DNA from: Candidatus Latescibacterota bacterium
GTDB taxonomy: Bacteria > Latescibacterota > UBA2968 > GCA-2709665
NCBI GenBank assembly: GCA_965219995.1
Contig: CBDCOX010000002.1
Span: forward strand, 2,592,001-2,656,000
Direction: 5' to 3'
DNA length: 64,000 nt
Both the position numbers and the translations under genes were made by a program. Positions 57,448-64,000 of this stretch are shown one piece after another. The notes below the pieces were generated by a model that made no database searches, was not told the DNA's origin, and saw only the letters and a program-made list of their open reading frames with translations. Numbering within the stretch: the stretch's first letter is position 1; each line of letters begins with the position of its first letter.

Positions 57448-59979
57448 TCACGCCGTCAGGTCGTCGCGGCCCAACTCGGCGGCCGGCGTACGGCACGCGC
57501 GCATGGCCGGATAGAGACTTGCCAGCAAGGCCGCGCCCAGAATGGCCGCCGCCTGCTGAAGGACAGGCCCCCACGGCCAGTAAACCTGTATGGTCCATCC
57601 GAAATACGCCCGGTTGATCTCGAAAACCAGGACCCCGGCCAGCAGAACGCCCCCCACAAGCCCCAGCCCCAGGCCCAGCAATCCGAATCCCATCCCCTGG
57701 CCCAGGAACACACCGAAGACCTGCCTGCGCTTTGCGCCCACCGCGCGGTACAGCGCCAGTTCGGTCACCTGCTCGCGCACGAGCACCAGCAGCATCAACA
57801 TGATCCCGCACACGGCAATCAGCAGACTCATGCCCTTCAGAATGCGTGTGACCAGAAACGTCTGGTCGAATATCCGGAACACCTCGTCTCTCAGCCGGCG
57901 ATTGCTGCGAATCCGGAGCGGCGATTCCGAAAAACGGGCTTTAAGACTCTCGATGACGGCATCCCCGTCCCAGCCTGACTGCAGAAAGAGCGCCGCGCCA
58001 TTCACCGGTCCGGGGCCGATGAATTTCTCCAGGGCAGTCAGATCCATGACGACCGCGCCGCCGCCCGTATGGTAGTCGTAGTAAACGCCCGCAACGGAAA
58101 ACCGGACCTCCCCTTCCGGCCCGGAAACCGCGATTTCGTCGCCGGTCCACTTGTTGACCCCCCTGGCCAGCGTTTCGCCGACGAGAACCGCCCCCTCCTC
58201 ACGTACCCGCCGAAACGCTTCATCCACATTCCCGTCCAGCAGCGGAAAACGCACCTCGCCCCCGGGGAGCGCCATGTCCACGCCCGCCAGTCCGATCTGA
58301 CGGTCGCCGGACCACGCCGGGAAACCGCGGAGGCGGTCCACCGCCGCCACGCCCGGATGACTCTCCAGGGCCTCGACCAGCTCATCCTCCAGGGTACCCG
58401 CGGTTCCGCGCCCCCGCCACGACGCGGGCGAGATGTATACGTCCGCCCGGATCGACGAGTTGACCCACACCTCCATGGTCCGGCGGAAACTCCCGATCAT
58501 CAGCGTGATGCCCACCAGCATGCTCACCGCAATGGCCAACGACGCCACCGCGAATGACGCGGTGCGGATCCGGACGCTCAGCCCTCTCAGGCTGTACCCC
58601 GGCCCGAATCCCCTGACACGCACCCGTCCGCAAACCTGGCGGATGGCGAACGGCGCGCACAACGGCAGCCCGATCAGGAGCGCCACGCAGAGTACGAACC
58701 CCGCGTGCTTCCATTCCCTCCCCCATCCCGCGTACCAGAGGCCCGAAACCGCCAGAATGCCCGTGCCTGCCGCAAAAAGACGGACCACCTGCGATTCCGT
58801 CCGCTCCTGAAGCGGAACCGCCGAAAGCAAGGCGCGGGGTTCCCGCCGGCTCATATCCAGCGCCGGGGCCAGGGCGCCCGCCAGGGCGCCGCCCATCCCG
58901 ATCGCCGCACCCAACCCGTACAGCCAGCGAGGCAACGCCAGGGATGAAATCTCCTCCAGCAGGTACAGATTCGTGAGCGTGGCGCTCACCACCTCGATGT
59001 TCGCATCGGCGGCCCAGTACCCCAGCGGCAGCCCAAGCAACACCCCCAGCGCCCCCAGGAGCGCTACCTCCCCGAGGATCAGCGCGAGCACCTGAGCCCG
59101 CGTGGCGCCAAGAGATCGCAGCAGCCCGAATTCCGTCCGCCGCCGTATCAACCCCGCCTGCGTGCTGCTGTAGACGAGGAACAGCCCCACGAACAGGCTG
59201 ATGAGGCTCATCGCGGACAGGTTCAGCCGAAACGCCGAAAGCAACCCTTCCGCCTGCTCCGAACGCTGCCCGGGCGTAACAACACGCATCCCCGGGCCGA
59301 GCCGGTCCTGCAATCGTCTCCGGACACCCTTTGCGTCCGCGCCGCGAGCCGTACGCACGTCGATCTGATGGAGTTCGCCCCGCCGCCCCAGCAGCGCCTG
59401 CGCCTGCGCGATATCCATCACCACCAGCTTCCGGCTGGCCAACGGGCTCAACTCCTGGAAGTCCACCATCGCACCAACGCGCAGCCGCACCCGTCGAACC
59501 CCGCTGTAGACTTCGAACGTATCGCCCACGGACCAGCCGAACCGCGCGGCAAGGTCCGGCGTTACCGCGCTCCATCCGTCTCCCGCGAGCGCTGCAGAAA
59601 GGCTGTCCGGGTCGCCGCGCCACGGGATTCGCATGGGCGTAAAGAAGTCGACTCCCAACACCTCCAGATAGAACCTGTCCCGGTCCGCCAGCGCCACGTC
59701 CGCCCGATAGAGCGGCCAGGCCGCCGCCACCCCCTCCACGGACAGCACCTCTGCGTACAGTTGCTCCGAAAACGCCGGCGTTCTTCCGAAAACGCTTATT
59801 TCGGCCTCGCCGCTTACGGCCCGTACCGTCCCCTCGAATGCGGCCAGTGCGTTGTAATTCACAATCTGAATGGAAAGCACCGACGCAACGCCCAGCGCCA
59901 CGCCGAAAACCGTCAGCAGGGTAAGGCTGCCTCCCGAGCGAAGTTGCGCGCCCAGCGAATTTGCAAAGTATCGGACCAA
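57448..59979 (-). CDS. FtsX/MacB-like ABC transporter permease (AttF/G-type, duplicated architecture)
   Basis: GVALGVA, MDIAQAQ, AFRLNLSA, RR.EFGLLRSLGA, IGSFR, IFDQTF, INRAYFGWT; start placed at TTG 59979. Confidence 0.9.
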   Translation of the reverse strand: MVRYFANSLGAQLRSGGSLTLLTVFGVALGVASVLSIQIVNYNALAAFEGTVRAVSGEAEISVFGRTPAFSEQLYAEVLSVEGVAAAWPLYRADVALADRDRFYLEVLGVDFFTPMRIPWRGDPDSLSAALAGDGWSAVTPDLAARFGWSVGDTFEVYSGVRRVRLRVGAMVDFQELSPLASRKLVVMDIAQAQALLGRRGELHQIDVRTARGADAKGVRRRLQDRLGPGMRVVTPGQRSEQAEGLLSAFRLNLSAMSLISLFVGLFLVYSSTQAGLIRRRTEFGLLRSLGATRAQVLALILGEVALLGALGVLLGLPLGYWAADANIEVVSATLTNLYLLEEISSLALPRWLYGLGAAIGMGGALAGALAPALDMSRREPRALLSAVPLQERTESQVVRLFAAGTGILAVSGLWYAGWGREWKHAGFVLCVALLIGLPLCAPFAIRQVCGRVRVRGFGPGYSLRGLSVRIRTASFAVASLAIAVSMLVGITLMIGSFRRTMEVWVNSSIRADVYISPASWRGRGTAGTLEDELVEALESHPGVAAVDRLRGFPAWSGDRQIGLAGVDMALPGGEVRFPLLDGNVDEAFRRVREEGAVLVGETLARGVNKWTGDEIAVSGPEGEVRFSVAGVYYDYHTGGGAVVMDLTALEKFIGPGPVNGAALFLQSGWDGDAVIESLKARFSESPLRIRSNRRLRDEVFRIFDQTFLVTRILKGMSLLIAVCGIMLMLLVLVREQVTELALYRAVGAKRRQVFGVFLGQGMGFGLLGLGLGLVGGVLLAGVLVFEINRAYFGWTIQVYWPWGPVLQQAAAILGAALLASLYPAMRACRTPAAELGRDDLTA

Positions 59980-60037
59980 AGGACCTGTCCTGATCTTCAG
60001 AAGAAGCACTGCCGCCGGGAACGCGGCCTCCGGCGGG

Positions 60038-60748
60038 TCACGCGGAGGGGCGGGGCGGGAGACCCATTCTGCCGCTGTGCAGTTCCAAGACCTCATCGGC
60101 CAGCGAGGCGAATTCCCGGCTGTGGGTCACGTAGACCAGCGTCGCGCCCTCATTCTCAACAAGGTCCATCATCAGGTTCATCACCCGCCGCCCGTTTTCG
60201 TCGTCCAGATTGCCGGTCGGTTCATCCGCCAGCAACAAACCGGGCCGGCGCAATAACGCCCGGCAGATGGCCACCCGCTGCTGTTCGCCGCCGGACAGCT
60301 TCTGCACCGGGTCCTGCGCCCGGTCCGCCAGTTCCACGCGCTCCAGAAGCTCCCGGACCCGCGGACGGTACGTTCGCGGCTTCTCACCTGCGATCATCGC
60401 GGGCAACGCGACGTTCTCGGCAACGGGCAGGTGCGGCATCAGATAGAAGAACTGGAAGATGAGGCCCACCTCGTCCCGTCTCACCATCGTTCGCGATTCT
60501 TCAGACAACGCGCTCAGGTCCCGTTGCCGCACCCGCACCACCCCTTCGGTGGGAACGTCAATTCCCGCCGCAAGGTGCAGCAGGGTGGATTTCCCGCTGC
60601 CGCTGCGCCCCACCACGGCCACCCTTCGGCCGGGCTCGACGTCGAAGGACACGTCGCGCAGCGCGTAACGCAGCCCGCTTCCCGCGTCGTACGCCCTGGA
60701 AACGCTTTCGAACGAGAGCGCGGGCGCCGTGTCAATTCGATCGTTCAT
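60038..60748 (-). CDS. ABC transporter ATP-binding protein (LolD/MacB-like, AttE-type)
   Basis: GRSGSGKST, LSGGEQQRVAI, LLADEPTGNLD, VTHS. Confidence 0.93.
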   Translation of the reverse strand: MNDRIDTAPALSFESVSRAYDAGSGLRYALRDVSFDVEPGRRVAVVGRSGSGKSTLLHLAAGIDVPTEGVVRVRQRDLSALSEESRTMVRRDEVGLIFQFFYLMPHLPVAENVALPAMIAGEKPRTYRPRVRELLERVELADRAQDPVQKLSGGEQQRVAICRALLRRPGLLLADEPTGNLDDENGRRVMNLMMDLVENEGATLVYVTHSREFASLADEVLELHSGRMGLPPRPSA

Positions 60749-60894
60749 AAGGGGCCATACCGTGGAGACCGGACGGAACCGTGCCGAGGGTCCGGCTGGT
60801 ATTCGCCGTTGGATTGGGGTTGCGATCGGGGGGGTTTTCCCGTATGCTGTCTCAATATCGACCGCGATACATGTCAACTTCAGGAGGCGTCCGG

Positions 60895-61953
60895 GTGTTT
60901 TCTATCTTCAGGAAAAAACACACCCTTACAGGCCTTGCGAGGACCTGCGGCTGAGCGGCCAAAGTCAGTCCGGTCGGACTGAAGCAACTTCTGGACCGCC
61001 TGCCTCAAAACGTCGATCCGAACCTGTTGGTGGGATTTCATACCAGCGACGACGCCGGTGTCTACCGGATAGACGATGAGACGGCGCTCGTGCTCACGGC
61101 GGACTTTATCACGCCGCCGGTGGACGATCCGTACCTGTTCGGTCAGATCGGCGCGGCCAACGCCCTCAGCGACGTCTACGCGATGGGCGGGCGGCCCGTT
61201 GCGTGCCTGAACCTGATCGGATTTCCATCCCGGAACCTGGGGCCGGAGGTCCTGGAGGGCATCGTCGAGGGGGCGCTCAACAAAATCACGGAAGCCGGAG
61301 CCGTGCTGGCGGGCGGGCACACCACGGACGACGACGAACCCAAATTCGGCCTTTCAGTGACCGGGGTCGTGCGCCCCGATAAATACTGGCACAACGCCGG
61401 CGCCCGTCCGGGAGACCTGCTCATCCTGACCAAACCCGTTGGCAGCGGCGTTCTCTTCAATGCAAATCTAAAAGGATGGGTATCGGACGCGGCGATGCGG
61501 GAATGCCTGGACACCGCTGCCGCGCTCAACAGAACCGCGGCTGAGGTCATGGCCGGGTTCGATATTCACGCGGCCACCGACGTCACCGGCTTCGGACTGG
61601 CCGGCCACGCCCTGGAAATCGCCAGGGGTTCGGGCCGCACCCTGGAGATCTCAACCGCCGACGTCCCCGTGATGCCGGAGGCGCTCGAGATGTACGAGAA
61701 AGGCGTGGGCACGGGCGCCAACGCCGCCAACCGGGAACTCATCCGTGACGCGGTACGTTTTGACGCGGCCGAGGCTGAACGTCGCAAAGAGATATTCGTC
61801 GATCCCCAGACCAGCGGAGGTCTGCTGGTCTCGGTTCCCGCCGATCAGGCCCGGGGCCTCCTGTCCGCATTGAACGACGCGGGGGAAACCGGCGCCCGCG
61901 TCATCGGGTCCGTCAGACCCCTGGAGGGCGCCGCGCAGATCGTCTTTGCCTGA
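60895..61953 (+). CDS. selD: Selenide, water dikinase; selenoprotein with in-frame UGA (Sec) at codon 20
   Basis: AGGAGG RBS and GTG start; MFSIFRKKHTLTGLARTCG-U-AAKVSP continues in frame into LLVGFHTSDDAGV, TADFITP, ANALSDVYAMGG, GGHT, TDVTGFGL.GH, DPQTSGGLL. Confidence 0.95.
60965..60982 (+). promoter_or_regulatory. Bacterial SECIS hairpin of selD
   Basis: TCAGTCC-GGTC-GGACTGA; the G-initiated loop starts 17 nt after the UGA at 60952-60954. Confidence 0.8.
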
Positions 61954-62000
61954 TGGCCGATTCGGAAGACTGAACGAAGCGACCCGCCCCCGAAAGTCGC

Positions 62001-63020
62001 CTATCGCCCGACCGCGCTTTCCGCCACCCTCAGCCCGGAGCATTTCGCCAAGACCAGTTCTCCCACCCTGCCCACCGCCTGCTTCACCCCCCAGGTAGGC
62101 CGCGGCTGCCCGATCGGGGACAATTTAACCAGCACACGGTTACCGGGACGCGCCAGAACCAGAACGCCAAAGTGCTGGGAGAACGCGCCCTCCTTCACCA
62201 TCGTCTCCACCAGACAGTCCCCGTTCCGGTCGGTGTACACGGACACCAGCTTGATCACCACGGTTACGCCGTGGTGGTCCGTCTGCCACGAACAGGGCTG
62301 AAAACCCGCCGGCAATCGGGCACGGTCGTACATTCCTTCCAGCAACATATTCGGCATGGTTCCGACCTTTTCAACGGGCCTCGGGAGGGTCGCGCAAGCG
62401 TCTCGCCGCCAGACGAAATAACGGACGGGCACGCCGGCATCCAGGGCCTTCCGTTCGTATTTGGTAGGCTTCCTTCCGCGCAGCCCCGGCACCGATGCGG
62501 ACGGGAAGACGGATCGCAGAAGCGGCTGAGCTTCCAGTACCTCTGAAATCCACGACGCGTATTCCCCATGGTCCGTCGCCACGGTCACCTCGGCGCCCGG
62601 AGACAGACGTTCCGCCAGCGCCCTGACGAATGCCGGCTGAATGAGGCGCCTGCCGTGATGCCGCTCCTTCGGCCAGGGATCCGGAAAGTTGATATAGGCC
62701 TCTGCGACACTATCCACCGGGAAGAGGCGTTCGAACGCAAAATCCGCCCCGCCGTGAACCACCCGCACGTTCTCCGGACCCTCCCGGTCCAATCGCCGGA
62801 ACAGCCTCTGAACGGACACCCATGACCGCTCGATGCCAACGAAATCCATCTCCGGATACGCAAGGGCCCGATCGACCAGAAACTCGCCGGTTCCGAAGCC
62901 GATCTCCACGACAAGCGGTCCCGAACGTCCGAAAACAGCCTCCCAATCCGTCGGCCAGTCCGCCCGGGTCCAGGAGACCATGTAATTCAGAATGGCTTCG
63001 CTAAGCGGCCTGGCAGCCAT
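62001..63020 (-). CDS. trmB: tRNA (guanine-N7)-methyltransferase with a C-terminal extension
   Basis: VEIGFGTG, FVGIE, INFPDPWPKERH, ATDH..Y, TKYE.K; start uncertain (63020 or 62981). Confidence 0.92.
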   Translation of the reverse strand: MAARPLSEAILNYMVSWTRADWPTDWEAVFGRSGPLVVEIGFGTGEFLVDRALAYPEMDFVGIERSWVSVQRLFRRLDREGPENVRVVHGGADFAFERLFPVDSVAEAYINFPDPWPKERHHGRRLIQPAFVRALAERLSPGAEVTVATDHGEYASWISEVLEAQPLLRSVFPSASVPGLRGRKPTKYERKALDAGVPVRYFVWRRDACATLPRPVEKVGTMPNMLLEGMYDRARLPAGFQPCSWQTDHHGVTVVIKLVSVYTDRNGDCLVETMVKEGAFSQHFGVLVLARPGNRVLVKLSPIGQPRPTWGVKQAVGRVGELVLAKCSGLRVAESAVGR

Positions 63021-63235
63021 AACACCGCTCCATGTGGGAGAATGCCTTTCTCGCAATCATTGTTGAATGTAGGGGATATGTGAACCCGAATCAAGGGGCG
63101 CGTTCTCCCGATGCCGACGCCGCGGAAAACCGTTGACAACGACCCTGGCGGGCCTCATGTTTTGTTCCGTTCGCGTGTTCTGGTTTGAAGATAAATAAAA
63201 TCAATTAGATAGGATTTTCCACAGGAGGCATTGCA

Positions 63236-63874
63236 ATGAACGTGTTGGTCCTTTCGGGAGCGAATCACGGGTTCGATCAGAGCGCCGGGTTGATCCGGGG
63301 CTTTCTGGATGCCCAGGCCGATATATCGGTGGACTTGAGCACGGACAAGGACCTGCTGGCGGGCGGGATGGACCCGTACGACGTTTGCGTGTTCGGAACG
63401 GGATTCACCCGCACGGGTAAACGGGAGGACGGTTCGATCGCGCGCGAACCGGACCTGACCTCCGCCCAGGAGGACGGTCTCTTCGAGTTCGTTTCGGGCG
63501 GCAAAGGCCTGGTTGGGATTCACGGATCGGGATGGTGGATCGGCGGTCGGGCGGCGGATCTGCTGGGCGGGCATGCCAATTGGCACCCGCCGGGGTTGAC
63601 ATTCACCGTCCGGGTGGAAGATGAGGCCCACCCTGCTATGGAAGGTATCCGGGATTTCGAGGTGGACGATGAAATCTACATATCGGCATATGAACCCCGG
63701 CTGCAGATCCTCGCGTCCGCCCAGTGGCACGGCGGCACGTTTCCGGTTGTCTGGGTGAAAACCTACGGATCGGGGCGCGTCTTCTACACGGCGCTCGGCC
63801 ACGGCCCGGGGACGTTCGCGAGGCCCCCGGTTCAGGCGATGCTCTGCCAGGGCGTGCGCTGGGCGGCAGGCTGA
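63236..63874 (+). CDS. ThuA-like (class I glutamine amidotransferase-like) domain protein
   Basis: CAGGAGG RBS; FV.GGKGLVGIH, GG....HPP, HP.M, DEIY, YGSGRVFYTALGH. Confidence 0.9.
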   Translation: MNVLVLSGANHGFDQSAGLIRGFLDAQADISVDLSTDKDLLAGGMDPYDVCVFGTGFTRTGKREDGSIAREPDLTSAQEDGLFEFVSGGKGLVGIHGSGWWIGGRAADLLGGHANWHPPGLTFTVRVEDEAHPAMEGIRDFEVDDEIYISAYEPRLQILASAQWHGGTFPVVWVKTYGSGRVFYTALGHGPGTFARPPVQAMLCQGVRWAAG

Positions 63875-64000
63875 ACGTCACGGGCTGAATGACGCGCTTC
63901 GGGCGGCCTGGAATGTCGTCAGGGACGGGTCCGATTGCATGGGGATACTCAAGCCAGGGTTGGCAGGGAAGGAGGATTGAGATGCTGGAGTTGAATCTGT

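Noticed and set aside
63878-64000. Possible 3' end of a minus-strand gene at the window edge
   Set aside because: Only 40 open codons with no motif; cannot be supported.

Overview
GC-rich bacterial chromosomal window. Housekeeping genes include a MoxR/DUF58/DUF4159/DUF4175/TPR cluster, a flippase, priA, rodZ, maf, dtd, an lptD-like gene, tRNA-Leu(TAG), lysA, trmB and a selenocysteine-containing selD. The main accessory region (~28.4-39.6 kb, minus strand) is a ribosomal peptide export locus. It has two unannotated double-glycine-type precursors (126 aa with a Gly/Ala-rich core and C-terminal CxCxC; 67 aa with a short amphipathic core) and a small membrane immunity-like gene. It also carries a cNMP-C39-ABC transporter with intact catalytic residues, HlyD, a PpiC-type foldase, three paralogous CPBP/Abi intramembrane proteases (one frameshifted), a third small ORF and two consensus sigma-54 promoters. 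A second accessory block (~49.4-57.4 kb) is a defence-type islet: one HTH + m6A methyltransferase + BsuBI/PstI-like endonuclease ORF, an antitoxin remnant, two pentapeptide-repeat paralogues and an HTH-IrrE/PIN pair. It lies between the ABC genes and the lipocalin gene of an AttEFGH-like module. An incomplete glutamate mutase operon (S + L, no E subunit) follows a DegT-type aminotransferase. All family calls come from motif recognition by eye; no database searches were run.
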